Shown: positions 1 to 12,843 of the stretch, piece by piece
Layout: the number at the start of each line of letters is the position of its first letter
Numbering within the stretch: position 1 is the first letter of the stretch
Source of the DNA: Paragordius varius
Taxonomy: Eukaryota; Animalia; Nematomorpha
Assembly: GCA_964247055.1 (NCBI GenBank)
Contig: OZ176050.1
Coordinates: 3,658,001-3,722,000 of the forward strand
Length of the DNA stretch: 64,000 nucleotides
Direction of reading: 5' to 3'
Made by a program: the position numbers and the translations under genes
Notes under the pieces: model-generated
Databases searched by the model: none
Told to the model about the DNA's origin: nothing
Seen by the model: only the letters and a program-made list of their open reading frames with translations

Positions 1-429
1 TGAGAATTGATATAAAAAAATATTGGTCTTTATATTTTTATTTGTCCGTATAATTTCAGTTTTTACTGTATCTAGTGGAAGCCCTCGTAATGAGTTTTTT
101 AAACAACGCCTATAATCTAATTAGTCCTGCTGATTATCCTAACCTTTTTCGATTTTTATAAAGGTTCATAATTTTTAGGTTATAATTGTTTAAAGTTTAT
201 ATATTCACAAACTTACAAGTTTAGGGTGTTTTGTCCTAATTAATGAATAAAATTAAAAAGATTTATTATTATAACCAAAAATATTTAATAAAATAAATTT
301 TTAAAGAATTATAATAGATATGTATATATTTCTCATAATCGAAGTGACTATTGGAATTCAATTAAACACAAAATAAAACATTATTATCTGTAAGATAAAT
401 TTAACAAAAATAAATTATTATAGAAATAC

Positions 430-1228
430 TATCGGTGTTGGACAATAGAGGTGCATAATTTTGCAAAGTTTGATATGCTAATTGTCGATATGCATCACGG
501 AATTGATTCATATAGTAACGCGTAGCTGAGTTATAACCATCTTTGAACAAGGAGGTTAATTTTTTCTGCCCAGTTCGGGTAAAATCTCCCTAAAAACCCA
601 ATAAATTATTATTAATAAAAATTTGTAAGTGATAAACAAATTATTTATAATATATTATTACATTGGAATTTCCAAAAAATTGTAGTAAAGTAAAATTGTT
701 TGAAATTTCTAAAGTGTTGACAACATAATCTTATTGGTAAAAAAATATAAAAATTGTAATTTAAAAAATTTAAAAAGCCTATAGTTCGTCATAGTTACGA
801 TAAAAACAGATTTATCAATATTAACCAAACATAAATTCGCCATTCATAAGTAAAGTTTCAATTTAGATAAATTTTAACCTTTAAATATAATTAATACCTA
901 TAATTATTAAACTAGATATTGTATATAAAAGGCTCCCATAACTACATCAGATTATATAAATTCTGCAATAATCGAATAAATTCACAATTACTATACGTAA
1001 TCTTAAACAAACGTGCGAACCATTAAAATATATTTAAAAAAGAGTTTTATTAAAAATGGATATTTTATCACTACATTATAACAAAACATACTTTTAAAGC
1101 TGCCGTTCCAGCATATTGTAGGCTTAAGGCATCCCCATTATTTGCCCAAGCCGATTGGAACAAGCGTGTAAGGGTTGGAGGCATTTTTGCCTCAGGAGAT
1201 AATAGGCCAATTTTACGCAACTAATATA

Positions 1229-1267
<39 letters not shown>

Positions 1268-4200
1268 GAATAGAAAAAAATAATACAATATTAATTGTAT
1301 TATCACTAAACTAAAGCTAAATAAACCGATTTAATTTCCATAAACCTAATATAAATATAAAAAAATTTAAGTGCATGCATTAATCTGTATTTTAAATTAT
1401 GATCAACTGTAATTTATTTTACTTTGGCGTACTTTAAGATTCTGGAATCCATTATTTACTCTATTATCTATGTTAAATAAAAAACGCCGCAACTATATAT
1501 TTATAAAAATGAAAAATGCTGGCTTTGTGATCTGGTAACGGAAAACCGACCCATTCAAATCCAAACTCAAAAAAACATAATCATTGATGAATGCTCCGAC
1601 AATAGCTTCGCCCTTTTTTGAAATAGGCCCCCAGTTCGGGCCCACCCCGTGTGAAAAACGGGTTTGAAAACAGAAGTCCTCAAAAATCGTGTCTTTGAGA
1701 CAATTTTCTGGAGAACGTGTTAGATCATTCAATTTCAAATATGATTTTTGTTTATTTATTTTCGATTGTCGTCTCGCTTTTTTGATTTAGGCCCTCTTTT
1801 TACCCGGTCCCCCCGTAAAAAGCCATTTATTTCAAAAAACAAAGTCCACAAAAATAATTTTTTAAATCTATTTTTCCCCAAGTAAACAATACATTAGTAT
1901 GAATGCACCGTTTAAAATTCCTATGAAATCATATTTAAATAATGTTTCAAAATAATTCACATATGTAGATCATTTTATTGTCCCTTATATCAAATAGCCC
2001 CCCTTCCGCCCAGACTCGTGCTGCGTAGCAGCACGAAATTTACGCTAGTTTATAATATAAATTGTAAAACATATACTTGAATCTCCAAAAAGATTTTAGC
2101 AAGTGCCGTTTGAACCATATTTGTCCGATCAAGGCAATCTATACAATTAATGCGAAACACGCCTTTTTGCCTACAAATGAAACCTTTGTCATCAAACCTA
2201 TGCACATAGATACATAGTCAATAATTATTTTAAAATCAAATCAAAATAAAAAGCTATTTACCAACAATATTGCATATCTTTGATAATTTCAGCAATGCTT
2301 TCAGTCAACACTGATATATTTTCGAATCGCATTCCCTGGCTAATATTGAAAATTATGTATAAATAAATTTTGAATTGTTTAAAACCTTGGAATATACCTT
2401 TTATTAAATTATTATAAAAGAATAATTAGGAATAAAATATATGGAAACATACCAATACTCATGGAAATCAAAACTGATATATGTGACTTTATCGCAATCG
2501 TATTTTAGGATTTGTTCCAGGAAAGCCTCTGATATAAATCTTTCGCGACCATTTTGTTCAGCCAAATTTATGGCAAAAACTTCGTCATAATTGTCAAGTT
2601 CACGATCAAAATGCCTCTTAAAGGCTGTAAAATTTTCGCTTTCATCTATTAGTTTAAATATTTTAGTAATTAAACGTTTTTTCGCCATATTTAATTAAAA
2701 TTATTTTTAAATTTAATTTATCTGAAAATTGCTAATTGTATAAGAAATGTTCAAATTTGTCATTCAAAGTATAAGAATTAATAATTATAAAGTAGTTTTT
2801 AGTCCATGGTTAAAATGTTAAATTATAGAATTTTATAAAAACAATATTCATGCAAAATAAATTATAAAAAATTATTTTAGACTCTTACCTTTTTCTAGCG
2901 TAGGTGCAGGTCTATATTTCATACCACCCTGACTCCAATATAAAGGGATAGATCCTCGAATCATGACAAATGAAAGATTATGATTCGAAACGCATAAAAG
3001 CTAAATATAATATATATTATTCGAATTTCATATAAGAGCTTATACAAACTTATTGGATATATATCATTCGAAATTTATAAATTGGAATATTTTCGCCTTT
3101 AAAAAATGATTTAGAAGAAAACTTTCTAATTAAAAAAAATTAACTTGTTCAGTTTCAACATAATTGGCAGCGTTTCCTTCTTCGTCTATCCCTCTGCGAT
3201 TATATCTTGTGCCTAAAAATATTTTTAAAGTAAGAAATTAAGTTATTTGTTAATAGTAACCATCACAGAATTTTTTTTTAATTTAGATAAAATAAGATTT
3301 TCGCGTTTTAATTAGGGACTAAATGATCAAACTTTTTTATCAATTAAACTTTAAATTTATCCTTAAACACTTTAAAATCATCCTTTAAAATTAACCCAAA
3401 GAAATAGTGACTTTTTACATTTCCAATTCAGCCTTAAAAATAGTTAGGGTTCTGGGCTATATTTTAACAAATTTATGGTGTGTTTTAAGCTTGGTTTTAC
3501 CATTTTTCCTTATTATGATTTAAAATTTATATATAAAGATTCCAAAAATCAACCGGTTCTGATTTTCGGATTCCGTTCCATTTTTCTTACCTCTCTCGTT
3601 CTTATAAAATTTTAAAAAAATTGCCCTAGTAAAATTTTTAAAATATTAAAAATCGATATAGGTTCCACTATTATCTAGCAAGCATATTTTTCAATGAAAT
3701 TTTACAAAGAATATTAAAAAAATATGTGTATATTTTGTTAAGCATTTATCATTACTTTGTTAAACCAAAAATATCAGATAAGGTTAATGAATTTCCCAAC
3801 TTTTACTAATTAAGTTATAAAAATTATTTTTTTTTCCATTTTAAACATCATAAACCTGTACGATGTCTATTACGACGCGATATGAGACAAAAAGTGATGG
3901 AACTCTTTTCAAGTTTGGAAGCAAGGGTCGGTGAAATGTTAAGGTTAAGGCCGCCGTTGTTTTTTAAACCAAAAAGTTTATTATCAGTTTTGTTGTTTTT
4001 GCCTTCTGATGATGGTTGTTGAGATGTGTCCACCTCTTCACTGATAAAATCGTGATATGTGATGGAATTTATGTTAACATAACCCTGTATAATAGGAAGT
4101 ATCCATTCATTTAATTCGGGCTGTGATACCTATATAATAATAATAATAATACAGTGGATAATTTTTTGCATCAAAAAGAAACTGAATAGCAGTGCAATTT

Positions 4201-5698
4201 TACAAATAACTTGGGAAATAAATCAAAAAATAGGCATAAAAATTGATTGTGCAATTGATGTGAGTAAAAAGTGTTACAGCAAGATACAGGAAGAATTTTA
4301 AAGCAAAGTAAAATATAGTTTGCCATGTAAAAATCCCCAAAATTAATAGCCAAATTTCATTTAAACAATTTTAAAATTTTGATATTAATAAAATATGTTT
4401 GAGACTGCGTGGAGATCGCCGTAAAATAAGGTAAATTGAATATTAAATTAATGATTTCCAATATTTAAAAGCATATCAGGAGATTCAATTAATAAATGGA
4501 AAAATATATGTGAAACAAAAAAATAAAAGATAAATTTATAAACTTTTAGAGTAATCAGATCGTTAAGGATATTATGATTCCAAAAAAATCTTTCATCACA
4601 ATCCCTCCAATCATACAGTAAGGAGGACGAATTAAGGGAAGGATTTGAAAAGTCGGATAATTGTATAATTTTATCATCTGATATCGATGTTTTATGGACG
4701 GGTGATGGATACATCAAATGACTTTGCTTTTCCATGAGTCGTTGAGCATTCGATGTTAAATCAATGGTTCGGGAATAGAAAAAAGACCGTGTATAATTAA
4801 ACATTTTTGCAATTTCCTAAATGAGATATTGCAGATTTTTAAAAACGGCCCAATTTTTAAAACGTTTAACTTAATTACAATAAATATATAATTGATTTAT
4901 AAATTTTATATAATATTAAAATAAAATTATAATAATAAAAATAAAATAAAACAATTTACTATGTATATCCGTTTAGCAAGTTTTGTTTCATCGTAATCAG
5001 TGAATTCGGATAATACCATAGCCGGTGTCAGCTAAATATAAGAATTGAGGAAAAATCCCGAAAATAAATTATTTAAATGTAATTTACATTTTCAGCCACA
5101 TTTTTGAGAGAAGCCCATGTTTTTTGAAAGGGGAATATCGTATTTGGATTTGAATTGATTAAATTCTTAATTGTTTGCGTTGAAGGAAATATTGCTTGGA
5201 ATGAATTATCTTTTTGACTAGATTTTTCCGATTTTATTTCATGTTTATAACAAGTCTACATATTAATAGTTTTTATTACTCGAAAATTACTAAAAATTTC
5301 ATCATCATAGGTAGCGAAATTTGAGTCAGCCATATCGTTTTGAGTATTCGTAAAGAGATCTTTTGTTAAGGGTAAAAAAGTTATTCTATCAATTTGGATA
5401 ACATTTTTATCACCGTATATTGTTCCAATATTAGATTGTTCAACAACAAATAATAGCGATGCATATTTAGGATCTTTATATTAAAATTTTTATAAAAACC
5501 TGTCATTGGTTTCAATAACCCTAAAAATCCATCCACAACACCCAAACAAGTTATATCAGAATTTTTGGGAGGATTAATGTCTAAAATTATATACTATATA
5601 CTATTTTTTATTTCAAGCTGTCCTGTTTTTTTATTACACCATAAACAAGTCCCTCCATTCCAAACCAAATAATATTCGTCGGAATTAAATACCTCCAT
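430..5698 (-). CDS. INPP5F: SAC2/INPP5F-like phosphoinositide phosphatase (SAC domain), multi-exon; 3' end unresolved, probably continues beyond position 1
   Basis: Spliced by hand with GT-AG exons 5602-5698, 5500-5580, 5280-5473, 5088-5255, 4960-5031, 4544-4816, 3856-4129, 3145-3212, 2889-3000, 2453-2645, 2262-2339, 2077-2197, 1092-1220, 430-589. N-terminus MEVFNSDEYYLVWNGGTCLWCNKKTGQL resembles INPP5F MELF...LWCSRRDG. SAC motifs present: FFYSRTIDLT, ERFFWN, LISRRNRHRTGTRYNRRGIDEEGNAANYVETEQ, IRGSIPLYWSQ, FDFHEYC, intact catalytic CX5R(T) in RINCIDCLDRTN, WANNGDALSLQYAGTAALKGDFTRTG. Confidence 0.93.
1492..2048 (+). mobile_element. Non-autonomous Helitron, short (~557 bp) form, in a SAC2 intron
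   Basis: 5' end CTATATATTTATAAAAATG; 3' hairpin TCGTGCTGC-gta-GCAGCACGA followed by aatttacgCTAG and then T. Body matches copies at 15688, 18928, 32425, 41480, 55556 and 62413. Confidence 0.85.
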
Positions 5699-5702
5699 AT
5701 GG

Positions 5703-5718
5703 TATCTCAGTTGAGATA
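5703..5718. promoter_or_regulatory. Dyad (TATCTCA-gt-TGAGATA) in the 33-nt gap between the divergent start codons; candidate bidirectional promoter element
   Basis: Perfect 7-bp inverted repeat seen directly, inside the gap between the SAC2 ATG (5698, minus) and the PDZ-gene ATG (5732, plus). Function is inferred only. Confidence 0.3.
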
Positions 5719-5731
5719 GTGTTAATGTGGT

Positions 5732-8700
5732 ATGCATCAATGTGCCGAACATGAAATTTCACAAAATTTTAGTCAAGTATCATTTTAACTATTTTATCCT
5801 TAGAACTTAAAACAAAGATATGTAGAAGATGAATCAAATATTTTATTATCTCATACGACTCACGAAGAAAATAAAAGACGCCGGACGGTTGTCCTACAAA
5901 GATCTTGTGATAAACACCATAAATTTGGATTTACCATTCAAACTTATGGGATAAAACGAACATCCTGTTTTGAAAATTTGCTAAATGACACTTTTAATGA
6001 AGTTTTTATGGGGGATGAGAATTTACCAAAATCTTCGATTGTCATTGATATGATATCTTTTATAGATTACGTTGAGTTTGACAGTCCAGCCTTTTATTCT
6101 GGTCTTAAACGAGGTACGCTTATAAAATTTTATTTAAAAGGCGACGTTATATTGGCTATAAATGGGAAATCTATGGAGGATACTTGTCATGATGATCTAA
6201 TAAAGTACATTAGCACTCAAAATGTCTTAAGGTATGTGCAATTTTTTTGGAATTTTTGCACCCTTAGGCAGTTATTCATTGTTTTCTGCTTAAATAATGA
6301 TTAATATTTAAGATAATTATTACATACATACATTTTTTAATTAATTTCTATATTATATTTTTAATTATTGAGACATTATATATACGCTTTTAAGAATGCC
6401 ATATTTATTTAACCTAATAATATTTTGTCGCCGTATTTTATTTCATGTAATAAAATTGATTGGTTTCTTACTTCGTTAATATAGCTGGTAAAATAATTAT
6501 AAAATTTCTTGAAACTATAACATACTCCCAACTATTTTTATATAATTTATCGCATTTTTGCTGTCAATATTATTAGTTATATTATTGTTATAAAAGCTTC
6601 CGCTATTTTTGACGTTAATATATCTGTATATGGTTAATACGATTTTAATGGCAAATACCTTAAATTATTTGTGTGATAAACGCATTAGTAATTGATATTG
6701 GTTGATTATTTTATAGAACTTTTTTGCAGTTTGATAATGTAGATATATGATGCATTTTTGAATTTATAGATAAAATTTTTATTATGCTATCCGAGTATCT
6801 CCTTAACTAAGTTATAAATTTATCTTCCGTATACTCACTTTTAACATATCATAATTTTGCGAAAAATTGGTAGCATTTTATCATATACACTGTATTTAAT
6901 TTGATAGAATGGTGGTTTTGTTTGAAGATTGTGCTCAGAAAATAGATCTCAACCTTAGAGTTTATAAACTTAAAGTAATTTATATATATATATATATATT
7001 TTATCGCCCATATGGCACTTAAAATAAGAGAATATCTGGTAAATTTTTATGGATAATTCTTTGATTGCATATATCATTAGGAAATACTCAAAGTTAAGCG
7101 TTCGGAACTAGATCATTTATTTGAAACTGAGGGGGAGCTGGTAAATATTTTACGGCAACAAAAAGTCCCTGAACTCGAACCCATATTATCTAATCCATTA
7201 GCTTTGATACCTCCTTCTTTGTATGCCAATGATGCAGACGAACAAAATGGCTCCTTCCATGACAGCTATGAACCGAGCTTTGAAAGGGACGACAAAGGAG
7301 ATAACACCAATGATAAATCATTAACACAACATAAAAAACGTCGTAAACGCATACCAACTATGTCAGTACTTCCATTTTTGGTAAAATCACCATTTAATCC
7401 ACACATATCACGTTCAGCCCATAAAAATAAAAGTAAAACGCAATCGGCCGGGAATGTTTTATTGTCCGCTATTTCTGGCAAACCGGTTAACCATATGTCT
7501 AGAAAGTCTTTCATTTGTGATACTCACAAAGGCAATAATAATAATAATAATTATATAATGCCTGTCAAAAGTTTTAAAGATAAATATAAATTATATAAAA
7601 ACAAACTTGATAGTAATAATAATAATAATCCTAATCCTCTACCACCATCAACTATAAATTTACCGAGACGTAGCGGCGGATCTAAAAGCGTATTGTCTCA
7701 CAACGGATTCCCTCAAATCATTTTTACGCCAAAATTATCCTTAACATCTTTGTTTCATTCACCTGCTTCGAATGGGCGCAAAAATATTGCCCACAAAAAA
7801 CGATTAAGTTCCCCCGAAACATGTGCACTATTTGCAGATGACTCCAATAAATTTTTGACAAACAACAGGAATTATTTAACAGTTCCTTCCACTTTATACA
7901 ACTGCGGGCATACGAGCCCTTTAAATAGTACGCAACAGAAATCTATTAATGATTCATCGGTTATCTCAGCATCTACCCCATTACGTAGCCCATGTATAAA
8001 TCGTACTTGCCGCTCTTCATCCACCATACTCCGATCTAAATCTTGTAAATCCTTGACATCTTTCAATTCGTCTCCTCAATTATTACCAGATAAATCTAAC
8101 CTCCAAAATACCATTTTAAAGAAATTTGAGTCAACTAATAATACCAATAAACAAAATACATTACTTTTGGATAAGAGTTACATAAATGGTAACATTAGCC
8201 CAAACAGTTCGGCAAACTATAGTTTTATGGAATATTTTGGTGAAAACTCAAGTAATGAACGACCCTTTGATAATTTTTTCCTCTCAAACCGTCCAACCCT
8301 CAAAAATGATGATGAAACTGTCAGTATTTCATCATTTTCTTCATACCCGACGAGTGAAACGCAAAATATGTTGGAGGCCTATTTAGCCAATGATTCAAAC
8401 ATTACAAAAAATGTTGACTTTAGTACCCAAAATGGGAATGGTGTAGTATCATTTAGCCAAGATGTGCTTGATGGTTGTAGGGACATTAAATTTTTAGTGC
8501 CTGACAAATCCGCCAACTCTGGTGTCAATGCAGTAAACCAGTGTTGTGCCTCTGTTAAATCAGAAACTAGCCTTTTGCCTTACACTGATGAAATTCGGAT
8601 TACAGATCCACAAATTAAGCGAAAAATGAATACAAATATGTTGACTCGAAAAGAATTTTTACCCCCTAAAACTAATAGTAGCCATAGTATACCGTATTCA

Positions 8701-9759
8701 TTATCATCCAAAACTGGCAATTATTATTGCATAAATGGTTACGGGCCAAAACATGCATTTAATGGTTATATCAAGGATAATAGAGATTCTCAAAACGATT
8801 CCACTTGTACATCATTTAATGGTACTTTTATTTTATTACTTTTTTATTTTATTTTTAATTTATTAAATTATACTTTGATATTTTTATGAGATTTATGGAA
8901 ATATTAATAAGTAAATTTTATTTTCTAAGACCATCTCTAATTATTTTCAAGTGGTCTTCAAAACCCTTGTCTTAGAAAAAAAAGTGTAATATAAGCAACA
9001 TCATATACAGGTTAAAAACATGAATATTAATGATACATATAAATGTGAGATGTTTGCATTAATTAATTCTATAAATGATAACAAAGTCAGGATTTATTGT
9101 ATTAACCATGCCGATCAAATAATATATATTTTGTTTGAAAGTTAATATAAATATTTCACTAAATCTCTTCTTATTAAATAAATTTAAATGAATAAAAAGT
9201 AGCATATTTTTAAAAGATGACATTCAATCGACTTTTTGATTTCAACGCTTTTATTTTTTTTTTAGATTTTCCTATTTTATATCTCAATATTTGTATAGGT
9301 AATTGCATACCTGAACACTATCCTAACCCAAATAACTTTAAGGTGCCTTATAAAGGCCATTTAAAGGATTTATTTCACCCGGATAATATTACATTAAAAA
9401 CACAAGCGAATAGTAAAAAAAATTATGTCAATGGTAATAATTATAACAATAATAATAATATTTGTATTACAAATGGTCACAAAAACATCACTTCAAGTAT
9501 TAATGAAATGAATAACGTTAATGATATAACTTCAATGCATGATCGTTCAAATTCTTCCCTTGATATTTGTAATCTGTCCATATCTCCGAGCCAAAAGCAT
9601 GGTGGCTCTCTTATATCTAAAAATCGAAATTTATTATTTTTAAATAACGTTTTTTGTAATGATAAGAATTCTAACCCATTCAATGGGTATGTCGAAATAA
9701 AACATAAAGACATAGTAAATGAAAACAGTTTTAATTCTCTCCTTTACACTCGACTTTAG
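5732..9759 (+). CDS. GRASP: GRASP/tamalin (CYTIP/cytohesin-interacting family) PDZ scaffold with a long Asn/Ser-rich tail
   Basis: Exons 5732-5776, 5804-6113, 6141-6231, 6908-6974, 7081-8821, 9299-9759. PDZ entry RRTVVLQRS...KFGFTIQTYG, SPAFYSGLKRGDVILAING and the following NVLRMVVLFEDCAQKIDLNLRVYKLKEILKVKRSEL helix match tamalin-type architecture. The protein ends in YTRL*, a class I PDZ-binding motif. Exon 1 and the tail exon structure are less certain. Confidence 0.8.
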
Positions 9760-11723
9760 ATATATGAAGAGCCGGTCGTTTTTTAGATAAATTTTTTTTG
9801 AAAGATGTATGAATATCCCATAAAAGATATGTAAAATTTAATTTTTTTCTTCTAAAATTGGTGGCATTTTTTGATTTATATAATGTGTAAATAAAAGAGG
9901 TTATGATGTTATGTTTTATTTATATAATTTTGGGAAATTCCATTATTATTATTATCAAAAAATTTAAATTTGTAAAAATTTATAAATCACGCACCTAATG
10001 GCATTCAAATTTGATCTACATCACATATATATCTACACACACACCTATACATATAGTTATCTATCTAATAAAATAAAATAACGCAAATATATAACTAATA
10101 AAATAAATAAATATTGATTTAATATTTTGGTGCGTAAATTTTTTATACAAAAATTTAACTTAAATTTCTAAGGAAAAAATTATTTTTAGTTTCTAAAAAC
10201 CGTCATATCTGTCGTGATAAAATTATGGCTAAACATCATATGAATTTATAATATATGATTTAAATTGAGAGGTTTACACACGGGCAACTTTGAATTGATG
10301 TTATTTAAAAATTACCTAGCGGACGCAACCAATAGAAATTGCTTCTATCATTATAAAAATAATTTAAATGAGCTAAAATATTTAGATAAATTCTGGTTAT
10401 AAGAAAAATTTCATATTAAACAATATCGTCGCCATTTCATTTTAAAATTTGAAGAAAAGTTTTATTTTTATTAATTCTACGGCTAAAATTTTGGCCAAAT
10501 ATTATATTTAGCAAATATTAGCGCGGAAAACATCTAGAAAACACAGTTACGTCTGCAATACTATTTTTTTTATTTAAGATCATGCAATCAAATAACTCTC
10601 TAAATTTTGACTTCCGTGAAAAAAAAGGTATGTCATTATGGATGAATATTTTTTATTAAGGTGCAAACTTTTGATATGAATCCAATAGATTCCATATTAT
10701 TTGTTTTACAATTCTGGAGTCGTCAACTAACCCAATTCGTAACGAATGAGACGTTAACATAATTCAAGTATTGAATTAAAAGCTGCATTATTTACAGAAG
10801 AGAAAATGTTTTAGCCGAAAATATCATATTTAGACCAAATTGGTATACCAGGCATATTCTACTTTGCTGAAACTTTTAGAGTAAAAAAAGATCAAAATAT
10901 TAGTTATATAAAAAAATTTATAGGAAACTAAAAGTAAATAAGGTTATTACCCGCTCAAAATGAAATCCGGTTGCTTAAAACTTCAGTTAATCCAGGTTAT
11001 AAAACGAGTTAAATCCTACAAATTAATGCAATTATTGGTAACACATTAATCAACAAAAATCATAGCAATTTGACAATTTGTGCCTTATATGTCAAAAGTA
11101 AACGCCTTAAATGATTGATCAGCATAGGATTTATTAATTTAACCGCACAAAGTAAATGGCTAAGATTGACGACTCTAATGAGTAAATTCTTAAGCCAAAC
11201 ATAATAAAATTGAGCAAAAATAAATGATTAATCCATGAAAGTTTATTAAAAAGGCACACATGAACATAGGTAGTACGCGGGAAAATATAAAGCAAAATTA
11301 AAACCAATCAAAAATTCTTATGTATTTATTTAATTTTTGATATACCCTTATATGTATTTATACAAAAAATTTATGGTTATTTATAAAATGTTATTATATA
11401 AATACATTATTGTTTATATATCATCAATACATATATAGAATGGGAAGAATAAAAAGGATAAAAATATTTGGATTAATGGTTAGGACAATGGCAAAATAAT
11501 ATGCATATATTAAAAGAAATTTATTATAAATAAATTAAAAATGGATGTTTTATGCGCGGTATTTCGATTGAGTTTTTTACATATAAAATATTGATTTCAA
11601 TTTTTATTGAAATTTTGTGGTACAGTGTCTTTTAATGAATAAGTTACTTTTTCTTAACTTAATGGTTTTTTCTCATTTTTTTTTCAAAAAAGTCAGCAAG
11701 GAATGTACAACGGATTATGATTT

Positions 11724-12843
11724 CACTAGTCGACAAATTTGGACATTCTTGAGCACCACCACTTAAACTTTTAAATTATGACTAATATCAGTGTTTTAAA
11801 ACCGAATGTGAAAAAATTTTTGATCCCGCCAATCAGAACTTTGAAATATTATAGGCTTTTCAATTTTTCAAAAACAAGAGAAAATCGAGAGAAAATTAAA
11901 TATAACTTTATAATAAAATGTTATTATATTATAAATTTAATATCATTTAATAAAGCGTTTTAAACTCTATCTTTTGAATATAAATATGTCATTTAAATAT
12001 CAGAGAGAAAAAAATAGTACGGACTTAAACGTCAAAATTTAGTCTTTTTCTTTCAAGTGAATTTTTAATACGTATAAAAAATTTTTAACAAAATACTAAA
12101 AAAGGCATTCTATGGTTAAAACCTTCGGATTTTAGATAGGCTATATTTTTTTGTTAGTTTTCGTTCTTTCGAGGACTTATTAGGCTTTTTTCTTGAGTTG
12201 GTTCATACAAAAAATCCTTTATTTATACCTAGTGGATATACTTTATTTTTTAATTATTGGTTGTTTTGTAATTTTCAGATGGATGTTGTGTAGCCTTTTT
12301 TAGTAGATTACTATTATGGGATTGGACCATTTGTATTTACCTACTTTTTATTCAATTTATGTAGAATTTATCTAACTTTATTCTGTGAATTGGTTAATTT
12401 GACATGTCAATTGGCCTGGATTTAGCTTGCAAGTCTCTCTTATCGGGCTTTACGATTACTTATTGTTATCTTTGCCATATCTGGCATAATTGGATCGCTT
12501 GGGGGATATGCAGAGCTTGTGCAGCCGCCCGGATCTATCACACTATACATAAGCCCCTTTTAGATTTTTAATATTTTGGCTCTTAGTTGTTTAGTATCTT
12601 ATTTAATGCCTAGATTTTGTTATTCATGCATAATATTACTTGTATCGACTTGTTCGTTTGAATATTTAAACATATGTACCGAGGAATGATTGTTATTTTT
12701 AAATTAAATACAAATTTAAAAATTAAATTTCGGAAAAATCCTATTGGCGGCCTCAATTTTCTTTTTTGTTTTGGCTTTTCCATGCCATTAGGTATCAGAA
12801 AATGCAAAAATAATGGGGTGGTGCAAAACCTTGTTGAGCAGTG
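11724..12843 (-). mobile_element. Degenerate Tc1-like DNA transposon insertion, present only in triplication unit 1
   Basis: Absent at the paralogous sites in units 2 and 3. Imperfect terminal inverted repeats CACTAGTCGACAA... / ...TTGTTGAGCAGTG. Minus-strand remnants IRAAAQALHIPQA and RKKP resemble a Tc1/pogo N-terminal HTH region. No clean TA TSD. Confidence 0.4.

Noticed and set aside
5256-5803. Stop-codon reassignment or readthrough as an alternative to the micro-introns (the 21-, 24- and 27-nt segments are 3n and contain TAG/TAA)
   Set aside because: The 26-nt and 23-nt segments shift the frame and must be spliced; all segments have GT...AG ends; genes here end at TAA/TAG; and the 561-aa ORF has no internal TAA/TAG.
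7266-8386. Antisense and alternative-frame ORFs (7266-7514, 7872-8066, 8186-8386) over the GRASP tail
   Set aside because: Shadow ORFs of a long coding exon with no recognisable motifs.
10560-10900. Possible short exons on plus (MQSNNSLNFDF...; YLDQIGIPGIFYFAETF) or a LINE remnant on minus (VDDSRIVKQIIW)
   Set aside because: No consistent splice-phase model and no diagnostic motif.
12277-12580. Hydrophobic plus-strand reading (DGCCVAFLVDYYYG...IFAISGIIG) resembling a membrane-protein exon
   Set aside because: It has an internal stop and lies in an insertion unique to unit 1 with TIR-like ends and minus-strand transposase-like remnants; probably the antisense of a decayed transposase.
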